From: Tubulanus polymorphus
Taxonomy: Eukaryota; Animalia; Nemertea
DNA: 64,000 bases
NCBI RefSeq assembly: GCF_964204645.1
Contig: NC_134035.1
Span: 9,146,451-9,210,450, forward strand
Direction: 5' to 3'
Positions 11,086 to 23,646 of the stretch are shown one piece after another. The notes below the pieces were generated by a model that ran no database searches, had not been told where the DNA came from, and saw nothing but the letters and a program-made list of their open reading frames with translations. The position numbers and the translations under genes were made by a program. The stretch's first letter is position 1. Each line of letters starts with the position of its first letter.

Positions 11086-12112
11086 ATTTATGTCTGTTTT
11101 CAGAAACTACTCCATAGCCATGTCGTAGGTGTCTCCGTATTTATCGTACGACGTACTTACGATTCAAACATATGTGGCATAAGATACGTCAAACTGCGAT
11201 AGCATTAATCCTATTTGCGATTGATAATGCGATTATTTAATTTTTATTGCGGTATTTTTTTGAAAATACAATATCGTATCGTTGTACGGCAACACTGAGC
11301 TAATTAGTAAGTATTGGAATATCATGATTTAACAACAAAAAACTAGTTTGAAAATCGACACGGCGTGTTTGAACATATTGTATTTTATTGTGTTATCGTT
11401 TACGAAAAAATATTATATATCTATCTCATATGTATCATTATTATCATTATCATCTTTATTCTGGAGTCGAAGTTAGAATTTTCAGTGCCTTCGGAATGCG
11501 AAAGGTCTCTCAAGATATATCAGATGAGGCATTTTGCTGACAAGTATTTGTTTCGATATCGACGTCAGAACGCCTGATTATTTCGTTTTCACATCTTCAA
11601 TTTTGATCCCCAGAAAACATCGGCGACTTTCGAGATCTTCGATATCGTCGCTTTTATGAGCATATTACGGTCGGGATTACCCGAAGAGACCTTGAACATT
11701 TGAGACATTACGAACAGAAATTTAGAGAAAATATTTTAACCACACTCTTCCCACATATTGCTGATTTTATCGACAAAATCACTCTATATGCATATGATCT
11801 CGGATCGCCCGGGATTTTTAACCGAAATTAGATCGCAGACGAGATCCGCACGCGCGCGCGCGACCCCAGAGTCACTTAGAGGAGAAATAAACCTTTTATT
11901 GCAGTTAAATCCTCTAAGATTTATTCAGATTGAGCGGTATAATTAAACGATGTGTATCGCGCTGAGGTCTCCGGGCGTGTTTACCGAGAACTTGCCAACT
12001 CAATATAATTTCCGACAAACAAAAACCCAATTGACGCCACCAACATCGGAAGTCATCATTATTGTATTATCTTAATATATAAGTATATATATAGTTAGCA
12101 AAGTGATGCGTA

Positions 12113-12460
12113 TGACGTCATCGCGAGAATATAATGGCAGCCGACGAGGATTTCTACCCACTTAGAGTAGAGACAGGGTCCGCACGCCGCATACTCGAGA
12201 AAAGAGCGCGTATTGCAAACTTAGTCAAGACGTCGAGTGATCATCATTTCAGTTTAATCAATATAGCCGCCAATCGGTCAACTTTCCGCGAAAGAGGTAC
12301 TTAATTACAGACTAGCGAAACAATATTGACTTTCCGCTTGCGACTCAAGTAGATTAAACCAACGATTTGATAGAAATTCGCTGTGTATAAAGGTTCGGAC
12401 GAGGGTGTGAGGATACGCAGGTGTGGTTAAAACATCAGTCCACATTCCGTTCATTCAAAG
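12113..12460 (+). promoter_or_regulatory. Putative promoter and non-coding first exon of the calcitonin-like gene (CRE + TATA-like box + strong donor)
   Basis: Palindromic TGACGTCA at 12113-12120, TATAAT at 12130-12135, donor AAAG|gtaaga at 12460/12461. The ATG-containing exon at 23625 begins with an acceptor, so an upstream UTR exon is expected. Linking the two is inference. Confidence 0.4.
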
Positions 12461-14779
12461 GTAAGAACATTATTTACGCTTTAACATTTAAATGTTTGCA
12501 TTTCATAAGTACTATATTCCTTCTTAAAATCATTCAGGATCTCGTCTTTTTAATTGCCTGACGTTTCGTGTAGTCTTTTTGATAATGAATCTTTTGTTCT
12601 TGAAAATACATCGCCCGATGTTCATAACTCTTAACGAATATTTCGAATATATGCGAATGTTTTCGTACTGATAACTTTATCACTGTATAAACATCGTTCA
12701 AAGACATCTCGAAATGCATATCCAATATCAAGTAATTCTATCTCGCATCATACAGTGCTTTTGCAATTTGTGATGCACAAAACTAGCGACGTATATGAGA
12801 CTTTATCCCAAATAAAATCTACCGTCGAAAAAAAAACGAATATTTCTAACGAATTGCACAAGAGACAATGAAAATCATTTTTTCTCGGTTTCGATGGGAG
12901 ATGTAGAAATATTCAGTATACTCGTTCCAAAGTTATGATTTCAATAAGACAGAACAAAACGGACTGGTTAAGATGACTGATAAAGAGACAAAACCGGCCG
13001 CAAATTGAGCTAGAAAAAAAAACTCGTAGATAGACAGAGTTCAAACTCACATGATTTGATACATATTATTATGATGATGTTACAAAACTCACAAAACTTG
13101 AGATACGTAATGAAATTGGAGATGTTCATTTCTTTATATTTATAAAAAAGCAGTACAGTCTTAAAATCATTGCGTATATATGTACAATCATCTTGAGTAT
13201 TTCTAAACAAAAGCGACACAGTCATGATAATCATAGCTTAATCATTATGAATTACCGAGATTTAGTAACATTGAAAAGCACTGGCAGTGGAATCAAACTA
13301 TAGATCTTTTAAACGCACGGTATAAGAATGTTTTAAAGCTTTTTATGTGAAGCGGCGCTTTCAAAATCCCAGCCGGTTTAATGTATCATCATCGTATATA
13401 AATTCCCCAGTTTCCACAAAGTGCATTGAACTACACACATTCTGGTGGATGCAAGGAAAAACAACCGGTGACATTAACCGCTTCTGTTCCCAGCGACGCG
13501 GCATTCATTGTTTTCGAAATAACTCGTGTAAACGTCGGAAGGATGTAAGATCATCGTCGTCGAAATTCCAACGCGTTAACCTGTTGCTATCTACGAATGA
13601 TTAGGAAAATAGATTGATGGAAAAAATGAATAATGAAAAAGGGGGAATTATACGTTACTACATGTACAGTTGAAAAAGTATGGTGTCTGGCTTTAGTTCA
13701 GTGCCACGATTCGCTTTCAACGGAACGACGTTGAATGACCGCATACATACTTCTTTCGTCAGAAGAGGCTAAAAGCTCGTTTAGGGACAATGTTATTGGC
13801 ATTTATCAGTCAAGCATCGGCGCGAACGTTATCTTTTTATTGGTAAATAGATGTATCAAGTAATGGACTTTCGTCAATTATTGTCTAATTAGGACCACTG
13901 TATTCAGGCTTACTGACGGATAGCCATCACGTGTTGTTCTTCACACGGCTTTCCATCCGTTTTTATTTTGATCGATCGCTTGTTCCATCGATGTTATAGG
14001 TTTTGTCGGGAAAAAATTTTTTTGGAGAAACACCCAATCGATTCGTCTCGTAATGCACAATGCTTGTATAATTACGCGTAGACGGGAAATTAGGAGAAAT
14101 AACGAGAAATGACGAGGATGTAATAATTTGTAACAAGACAAAGATAGAAATGTTCGAAGTTGAAGAAACATTGTAAATCTGTCAAAAATGACGACGTGTC
14201 GAATAAAACTTAGAAATTTGATTGAATCGCATTAAAAGTTGTAAGAGAAATAGGCCAACCAGATTGCCTTGCTTTCAGGTCAAGTGACAAAGTGGCTTGT
14301 TATGATTCAACGATTTTATCCAGCTCTATAGAGAATATCCAAGACTCAGCTTCTGTGTTTTATGAATATTTAACTCACATCTGTTTCCAGTTGATAACCG
14401 AGTGTAACTACAATTTCAATTTGAATTTGAATATCAACACGCTAGTTACCTAGTGCAAACGCTGTTATTGGGCCGTTCTATGAATATTTTTTTTCTTCGT
14501 GCCTGGCGAAGGTCTCTAGGACAGGCAACTGAGGTCATCAAGGCGAAAGGAAATGACAGAATACATCCGTGTCTTCTAAGACAAACCATCACAAAGAATA
14601 AGAAAAATGTTTTTACAGTAAAGAAGCCACTAGTGTTGTTGAAACTGCTGTGTTTTATCTTCACCAGCTGGCAGTGTTTTCGGCCTTTTCTGCTTGACTT
14701 GGAGTTTAAGTAGATACAATCTTTAGGCCATAGTAGAAGAGCCCGGTACACTCTGACGTGGGGAATAGATAATTAGTTT

Positions 14780-14891
14780 GATGAAACCCCCTATATACAG
14801 AATTTAGAAGATTTAAAAGCCAATTTCATTAATGAAAAATTAATATCAGAAGACACGACGTTGCGAACTCTCGCTAGAGACCATCGTCAGG
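14780..14891 (-). repeat. Degenerate copy of the 27541 hammerhead element (another truncated copy at ~10456-10570, and a + strand core at 62641-62676)
   Basis: gacacgacgttgcgaactctcgctagagaccatcgtcagg aligns with acacgacgtttcgatctcatcctagagatcatcgtcagg. Confidence 0.6.
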
Positions 14892-16339
14892 GGAAGGAGC
14901 AAATTTTCGAAAGAAAATAATGAGACTTAGTTGATAGAAGGCATTTATTAAAAACTAAGAAGGTCAATAAAACAATAGAAATTGGATACATTTGAAAAAT
15001 CAATGCTGATGTTTGAGAGGGTCATTTAGTTAGTTTGCAGAAAATCTTTGAAAGCTTTCTATTTCATCATATCGTATATAAATGTTTAGCATCATCTGAA
15101 AGTTGTGGTTAAACTGGATACGCGATGTCGATGGTGTCCTGGGCTGATATACAATCCTGAAAGCGATTAGTAATTAGAAAGTTTCGTGTATCGGATGGTA
15201 AATCAGCCTTTATACTGTCTGCGCTTAATCCACTGAGATTGCGATAATGTGTGTAATCTATGTGCGACTCGAACCATTTGGTGAGCGATCATCTGGCTCG
15301 GTCAGTTGTCGATTTAATAATTGCGATATCATATAGAATCTCCATTGATTACACTGAAACAACCGACTCGTCTTGTGTGTGATCGATGTCTCAATATACG
15401 CGATACCGGACTTGTCTAATTGAAATATCCGAACGAACGACATCCGACGTACGAAGCAAATCTAATTCTATTGACACAAACGGTGTTAATTCATAATTAA
15501 GTTCACGATTCGATTTGCGATTTAACAGATCGGATTGAGTTGTAACGATACTTCGTGTGCGTTCGCGTTGGCGGTGTCCGTTCGTAAACAATCGCACGCG
15601 CCCGTCTATGAATTCAGCGGTTCTGCGACAACACGTATAAAGTCATGATTGTTTCAATAATTAATTCCTCCTTGCGTTCGATTCCGCCAAATTTCAACTA
15701 CTCCGAACGCGCATTCGATTAAACAAAAGAATAAGAAATGTTTCGGATCGTTTAGGAATGATTTCTGATATATTTGCGGCGGGGGACGTATTGAATTATT
15801 TACATTGAGACGTGTTTCCTTCCTTGACAGATATATTACAGTAGAAGCGGTGTGAAGAAGTGTGAAAACTTGTCAAATATTCAACAACAACAAGTTTTAT
15901 AAAGTGCGATCGACTACGTGAATATCACGTCTTCGAGAGTCTCTCTTGTCTTCGTGTAAATCTATTAAACTATTTTTTACCGCTCGTATCGTATTTTAGT
16001 TGAAAGTGATTGACGAGCTCTGAGAGCAAACAACGTACACTGGACTAGCGTCGTGTTTCAGCGAACAGCTGAGACGACTAGGTAAAGGAATACGCTGGGT
16101 GTTGTCGTACGTGGCAGAATGCATTTTTGTATTACGTGACCATAGTCCAGTGACCGTAGTCCGGTACATATTGAAATAAATACGATGCGGAAAATAAAAA
16201 AAAAAAACTATGATCGTAGAATTAAAGAAAAAATATCAATGAATTAAACACATTTTCAGATTTTCATTTGCCACACTCCGACTCTTAACTCTTACTGTTC
16301 TTTCTATTCACTTCTTTTCGCAGTAATTTCGGTTGTAAG

Positions 16340-16580
16340 ATAATAATAATAGTGATAATGATAATGATTATACTAATGATAATGATAAAGAATATTATCT
16401 ATATTGCGCCTTCCCATGTTGCCACGCCCAAAGCGCTGTTTCTCCAAAGTGTTTGTGGAACAACCATGTTTTGAGCTGTGATTTGAAACTATTGATTCAG
16501 TCCAGTATCCCAAGCCCGCGGGGAGGGAATTTCAAAGTTTGGGTCCAGTAGCCGAAAAAGCACGATCACCAAAGTTTGAT
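16340..16580 (-). mobile_element. Degenerate 3' end of an L2/CR1-type LINE with (ATT/ATC)n tail; a more decayed copy at ~57590-57780
   Basis: Minus strand translates NFGDRAFSATGPKL*NSLP...FKSQLKTWLF, resembling the L2 ORF2 C-terminal motif GDRAFSxxAPxLWNSLP..FKxxLKTxLF, followed by a trinucleotide tail. Confidence 0.7.
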
Positions 16581-17089
16581 TTTCTACGTATGGGATTAGA
16601 TGTCTCATAAGACTTATGATATTTCGAATATTTCAATCTGGCGACTTGAGAGCGAAGTCTTGTATATGCTCTCCATGGGAGTCCAACGTACTACTTGTAG
16701 TAACAACTAATGAATTATTTACGACGGATGCTGAAGAAGCCTCGGTGAATTTAATTAGATTTATTTTCAAACCGTCACGTATAGTAATAGGGAATGACAA
16801 TTGACGATCATCATTTTTAATATTACGGTACGTCATTTCCTGAGCAAACGACGCGAGTTGATGTGTTTGGTGTAGAAATTACATAAAGTTCACAGTTTCA
16901 CGATGTAGTCTATCACTGATATTTAAATGTTATATAAAGGTTACATATTGATGTGTAATTCAAATATCAAGTTTTGAAATACAGTGTCGTATTCAACATT
17001 ATGATATAACATATATACATCATGTTGTAGAGATGACACCTGACTCAAGCAACTGTAACAAGATAGTTACTCGAGTTCCTGACTAACTA

Positions 17090-17268
17090 CAGCCGAACCT
17101 CGTTACAGCGAACTTCACGCGATCAGAAAATCTGTACATTATAACCGAGAGTTCGTTATATCCAGTACAGTATGAAATGAATTACATTTTCTTACTTGGG
17201 ATCAAATTCTATGTTCATCATATCAAATGAATCGTCGTATCCGAGTTCGTTATAACGAGGTTCCTCTG
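17090..17268. mobile_element. Tigger/pogo-like MITE with TA target duplication
   Basis: TA|cagccgaacctcgttacagcgaac ... gttcgttataacgaggttcctctg|TA. Confidence 0.7.
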
Positions 17269-17344
17269 TATATTGTATCTTGACAGAATGTTGTATTCCA
17301 ATTTTTTAAGGCTAAGGGTACTATCATTGAAATTACAGAAATAT

Positions 17345-17612
17345 AAGGGGCGATCACACGAGTATTTTTGGCACGGGCCATGTTTGGCCCGCACCAAAAA
17401 CGTTGGACCAGGCCCGAGCCGAATTTGATGGCTATTGCATGTGAATTGCAACTGGTCCCGGAAGTGACTCACTTCACTTTGTTTAAGAATTGTTTGGTAT
17501 CGAACGCGTGGTTTGCGTGTGAAGACGCTCTCCGATAAGGCACGGACCAAATTTGACTCAGGCCTGATCCGTGCCAAATAACCGGGCCAAATCATCTCCG
17601 TGTGGTCGCGGT
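17345..17612. mobile_element. MITE-like repeat rich in TTTGGCCCG/CGGGCCAAA units; fragments also at ~4076-4470 and ~22590-22646
   Basis: Termini gcgatcacacg / cgtgtggtcgc. taaggcacggaccaaatttgactcaggcc is shared with 4433-4461. Confidence 0.5.
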
Positions 17613-19164
17613 TTAATTCACGTCGCCGCTGCTGTAGTTGTATTCGCGTTTCAACCTGTTGTATGTACTGCAGACGATGTTTGTATAATTTGGCCAATTA
17701 GTCTTACGAGTGACCGTCAATAGTTTGTTCTTGTCACGGAAGTCGCCGATTGTAGCCTGGTATCGATTGGTTGAGCAAATGTTGCCTTTAACGAGCCGGC
17801 TACAGTACAGACGAATCTGTGGCGGCCATTGTTTCCGGGACAGATCCCATTCAAACGCTTTTCCTACGCTGGCGAGTAATTAGTAAACCGCTCGGAGGCG
17901 TACGCCGCCAATTTCCGCCCGGAACCGCCAAAACCACAAATTAACTAATTATATAGATCATAATTCTAAAGTAATTCTGGCGATGCAGTAGGTTTTAATT
18001 GAAATTATAGAAAGCCGAAAGCATCTCATTCTAGCGTCCCAATCGAAGAACAACTCTTCCTGATTGTAAGGCAGATATACATAATGGATTAAACTGCGAA
18101 CTAAAGTTCAGATACAGGTTAAATGATATACATTTCTGGTATATAGCTTTGTAAAGATTTTACCAGTGCACCATAGCTTCAGTCAGATACACGATGAAAT
18201 TATAAAAAGCTTACTGAAATATAAAACGTAAATGGAGATAGAAAAATGGCGATATGGGCAGCAGGCAGTTCAAACGTTTGCTGAAAATCGACTTCGTACA
18301 AAGAATGCATTTTTAGAGACTATTCAAAGCATTCATTTACGATCCTTAATGGTGAACGGCAAATAATCTCCATCCCAACGGCCACAAGCAAGAGATGACT
18401 CGATAAACAAAGTTTGGGTTCTTTTGAGCGTGGGACCCCCGTTGTTCAGTCATGAAGGTTTGACCGAGTCATGTCTTAAACTAAAATGTAACACGATAGT
18501 CTGAAATTAAGCAAAACTCATACGTTTTAGTATTCTATCTATTCAAATATTGATTACTTCCGCAATATTCGGCAATTAAACATCTAAATTTGTCAGAGGA
18601 TGCTAATTGTATTTCTGTGTTGCAGAAATCACATGAATTAATATTCCACGTTCTTGCGCAAGATCTTTTACCATAGATAACCCGTTCAAAATCTTCAGTT
18701 TTCTCAGAAAGCGAAAAAAGATACGATGAACGCGAACGCGTTAAACTAATTCTTGTAAAAGGGGCGCACGACTGCGAGAAGCCTTTTAACCGACCACGGC
18801 ATCTATATCTTAGCTCTCATCGTCTAAACACGAACCGATGAAGACGTTGATTTTAAGCCGAGATATGAAAAATTCGCGGTATTTAATTAGCCCCGGGTAT
18901 AGTGGAGATATTGTACTCAAATATTCCTAAAAGCTCTCGCAGATTCTCTCCATGTGTAGGCGCCTGCATCGCGATAAATTCTAACGAGAAATTTGCGTCA
19001 AATTACACATTCTAAGTCCCTTGGTATGAATTTTCATTCACAAGGTCAAAAGCGTTCGTTTACGTCAAATCTCTTCACCTATAATGCTTAGTACTCGAAT
19101 TTCAGCTGAATTTGAAATTCTTTATAGTACTCGAAAACATCGCAATAACCGTAAAGGTAAAGGA

Positions 19165-19340
19165 GAATCCGACAATGATAACGAAAAATTAAGTCCGAAT
19201 ATGTTTCCTTGAGCTGGTAGTTTATTCAACACTTTGACTTTATGGTAATAGTCATCTTCATAGTCGAAACGTTGAATAAACTATAACCAGCTCGAGGAAA
19301 CCTTTTTCGGACTTTATTTTTCGTTATCTTTGTAGGATTC
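19165..19340. mobile_element. Fold-back element with degenerate hammerhead remnant; related copy at ~49430-49579
   Basis: Long imperfect inverted arms (gataacgaaaaattaagtccgaa..ttccttgagctggt / accagctcgaggaaa..ttcggactttatttttcgttatc), with central gtcatcttca and gtcgaaacgttg. Confidence 0.6.
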
Positions 19341-21320
19341 GCTATACATTAAAGCTTCATTACATATGTATCATTTATTATTTATCATTATAATATATAT
19401 TGATGGTAAATTCAGAAATTTGTTTTACATGTTCTAATGTTTCGTGTTACTTTGATGCGTTTGATTTTTACACGCGTTTTTGTACGAATATATTTTACGA
19501 CCAGCCACGAACAATGTTGCTCGGTATCGCGGCGGCGCGTTCGGTCGTGTTATTCCTGCCCGACTAATCAACCTCAATAATTACCGACATTAATCATAGA
19601 AAACGGCACCGCCAGCCGCACGTACAGGTTCGTCGCGCAGAACCGATGGGGTTTGTAAAAACTATACCGCAGGACAAATTGCCAACACTACCGGGGGCAC
19701 CAACGGAAACTTGTCAAAAACTACTACGTAACCAACGGGGGCTTGTGAAATCGCGATGGCCAGCTCTTCACAAGATGTGGTCCACGGCGTGGTTCACGTA
19801 TCAATTATTTCAGCCGACAGATTTCAATATTAGCTGTGACAACGAACAGCACTTGACTCGCGTACTTGTCGCCCTATTGCTACTTATTAGGTTTATTTGG
19901 TTACCACTTATGACTGGCTATTTATCTTCAGGTGCGCGCGCCACTGTTTTATTGCAGAGACAAACGTCGTTTCGTGTTACGTCTAATGAGTCAAGACGAT
20001 AGGGAGAAAAAAAACGAGGATCGTACGCGCATGTGCCACGGCGATATATAACCGGCGGTCATCATCAGACCACGAGTCATCCGTACTCGGAAATATTGAA
20101 GTGGCTTAGTAATATAGTTGACTACCCCGATACTTTATTATTTACGTGTCAGGAGCTAACATCAGAATCTATTTCATTAGATGCCGCCCTCCCTGATTGT
20201 CCGTGGTCATTTTTTGCCAGAAGACAATATGCAATAATTATGCGTCCGTAGACTTTTCAAAATCAAAATCACCCAAGTTCAACTAAAGGATATTTAATGA
20301 GGATTGACGTAGAAGTTCTATGAAGATAAGTCGAGATTTCAAAGTATCGCAGCGTGCGACAACTTGGTCCTATAAAGACCGCAGTGGCAAACAAAAGCCC
20401 CTATAACCCGGTGGATAAAAGTCTGTACCAGGGTTTATAAGTAAAAGCAAATTTCAATTGATATTGCATTAATTTCCTATGCACCATTTTCCCCTCAAAA
20501 AATCACATAAAAAATCGTCAATCAGGTTTTGATAAGTACTTGCTAATACGCCTACGACAACAACTGTGTCGTTTGTCTTAACACGGATATTACCAGACAC
20601 TTTAAACTAGATGGATTTGAATTTGCCGTAAAATGTACATCGAAAACCACAATTTCCATTAACAAATATCCGGTTCAAACACGCTTTGTTTCCAAAAATC
20701 GAACCGTTTTACTGGCGACGGAGTGGAATATTTGAATCCCCCTCTTCCGTCATAAAGCGATCGGATGTTCTTAAAGGTTAATCAGCTTTTCGTGAAGGTC
20801 CTACGAAAGGATTTTCAGAAAATAACATCCAGGGTACATTTCTATCAACCATGGTATTGACCGTAAAAAATTCGTCAGGTCAGGTCAAGGTTGAAACCGG
20901 TGTCGGTTATTCATGTGACGTTACAGGGCAAGTATTGTTATCGCCAGGTGCAGGCGGCTTACTGTAGTAGGTCGAATCTGAATGACGTCATGGACTAGAG
21001 TCTAATCAGTGAACCGTAATCGTACCCTGTACCCAATCAAAGACCGGTCCAAAAGTTTCAAATATTTTCGAAGTTTTATAGTAACCGGACTGCGAAATCT
21101 TGAAGTGCCATCAAGTTAAATTAGAATTAAAATCTTGTCGTGAAGATTCGATGAAAATCATAGATCAACAGCTACAATTCAAGATACCGTGTACAGAACT
21201 TCCTATCTTATCAGTTACGAATTAATTTAAATTCATTTCACCGGGACCCGATGCATGTAACACCGGAGGGCTGGACAAACATTACGGCTTACGACCTTAT
21301 TATAGCTGGTTCATCCTTAA

Positions 21321-22314
21321 CTCTATGCATGCTGGGGGTGACCGGAAGTAACGGTCGTCAAACCTTTGAAATGTGCGTGACGTTACATCACATAACGGGT
21401 AGTGTTGCTATGGCCCTATAGATGGAATATACATCGAGCTTTGTACTTCATGTTATGTCTGTTATCACGCGGAGGCCTTGGCAACACACTGAAGCTGTTC
21501 CTATATCCATACAAGCACCAGCCGTGTATACAGCACATAGGCCTATGACAGAGCGTTTAGACACGGCGCATACCTGACATAGATAGATTTTCACAGTAGC
21601 ACTACATACACTGTATCATTCTAACTCTTATCAGTGTTTATTTTTGGCCGGCGTAGTCGCATCAGTGAAGTATGTCATTCAAATTACACTGACTTTTTGT
21701 AGATTTTCTGTCATTTTGACCCCTCTGGGAATTTAGGGTGACCCCTCTGGGAATTTAGGGGGTCACAAAGACCCCCTAATATTCGGAGACACCTCGAGGA
21801 ATACTTTATTTCAGCTCATGAGAGGATACTCAGCAATAGAGGATACTAGAGAAGACATATTGACTGAAATTAAAAAATAATTTTTTAAAATTTGATTTTT
21901 TGACCTTTCGTTGACCTTGAGATATTGACCATCATAATGACCCAAGGACCCCAAAACTTTTCCCAGTGATCAACAACGGCCCTAGCTTGGATAAAATGGA
22001 GAATTATAATCAGTTTCTCTCTGATCTCTTTTTTTCCTTGGCTAATTACTGTAAAAAAAACAGGCTTATTTAGTACAACCACACCCTGGGTGGGGCCTTC
22101 TGGGGTCCCTCATCTTACCCCAGACAGCAAAATTTTTGAAAAGTATAGATTTTTAGATAGAATAGGTTGTTCTGAAACAGAAAATATATAGTTTTACTAT
22201 GTCCCTGTTAGTATAAAGCCCTCATAATTGCTTTATTATCATGTACTGAAAGTAGTTAAGAACAAATCAGAGAATTCTGAGATCTGAAAATTTAACAAAG
22301 TTGCATGCAAAGAG
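21321..22314. mobile_element. Non-autonomous TTAA-flanked (piggyBac-like) DNA element, ~1 kb
   Basis: TTAA|ctctatgcatgc ... gcatgcaaagag|TTAA (TIR 11/12 identical). Internal tandem tgacccctctgggaatttaggg x2 at ~21717-21760. No transposase ORF. Confidence 0.7.
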
Positions 22315-23646
22315 TTAAGCTCTCAGACTATGAAACAAATCGATGTCATAAAGACACGACTATTTCTGTCACCGACAAATATATTAGTCGCAATCTTTAC
22401 ATCTATTGTATTGTAAATCGTGAATATTGCTAAAAACTGCTGCCTGGAAAACAAATGAAAATAATTTTTATGTTATAAAGGTTATTATCAAAATGACGGA
22501 TAGCCGGCGTCGTCCATATGGCTTTATCAATCCTAGACAAACAATATATAATCATAAGCAATGTACACAATTCGAGACAGATAGTTTAAGTCGCGATCAC
22601 ACTTTTTGGCCCGGGCCAAATTGGCCCAGAACAGCTGTTCACACGGCTATATATTTAAGCATAGGATTTGAAAACGAGATTTTTGTGCAATGGTATCGAA
22701 TAAAAACAGATAGACAATGAAATTTCTATAAAACAACGGCACCGATACTATTCTCATCTACGTAGATCGGCGCATGAATCGAGACGCAGTTTATGCACCC
22801 CACCCGTGTGAACCTATACACCGCGTTACTTGGTATTCGGCGCTTGTAACGTGAGAGCGCGCGCGCGCAGTTTTTTAACTTCATTTTCAATCGCAATATG
22901 AATCATTAGACGGCGAAGTCGTAATTGGCCGGTGAAATGAAATTTCCATACATCAAGCTATTTGTAACAACGGCAAGGCACTTCGACAACAAACACAATA
23001 TTCACCTAATCCAATTGCAATATCATTATTCCCATTCGCAACGGCGAAAATTCGATGTACCGTAAATTCAATATTATTGTTCTATCGCAAAGAAAGCAGT
23101 TGAAAAATGAGGTGTGGATAGAACGGAATTAATTATATATGAAAGACTGGCGAGGTGTTTACGCATTGGTTACATCGTATATCAAGTGTCTGTGTCGAAG
23201 AGATCAAATGTGCTTTGTGGTGGTGAGTGCGGCGAAGATAGGGTTACTTGAATTTCTATTTTTTTTGGAAAATGTTCAAAGTCAGAAAACAACTACCCAA
23301 GAATCAAGTTTGTTATACGCGATGAATAGCGTCGTTATTGATATGTTTGTATCTATCCGATAGTAAGTCGCGAAATTGTAAATACCGATAAAACCCATTA
23401 AAAAGAAAATAGATTCAGTCGCAATCAGGACAATCCAACTTACAATAACCACGGTATAATCCAACAATACAGAAAACACACTGTATATTGTCGGATTTTA
23501 ACGTCGTTTCAACAATCCAACTTATGTTTTCTTAACGGCATCTTCTTTATCAAGCCTAATACCATGATTTATTCAACACTTAGCTATATTTTGGTTAATC
23601 TTGTTGTTCACGTGTATTCTTTAGAGACTGTCGTGGTTTATATATA

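Noticed and set aside
17218-17697. 159-aa minus-strand ORF
   Set aside because: TTG start, overlies two MITE-like repeats, no recognisable domain.
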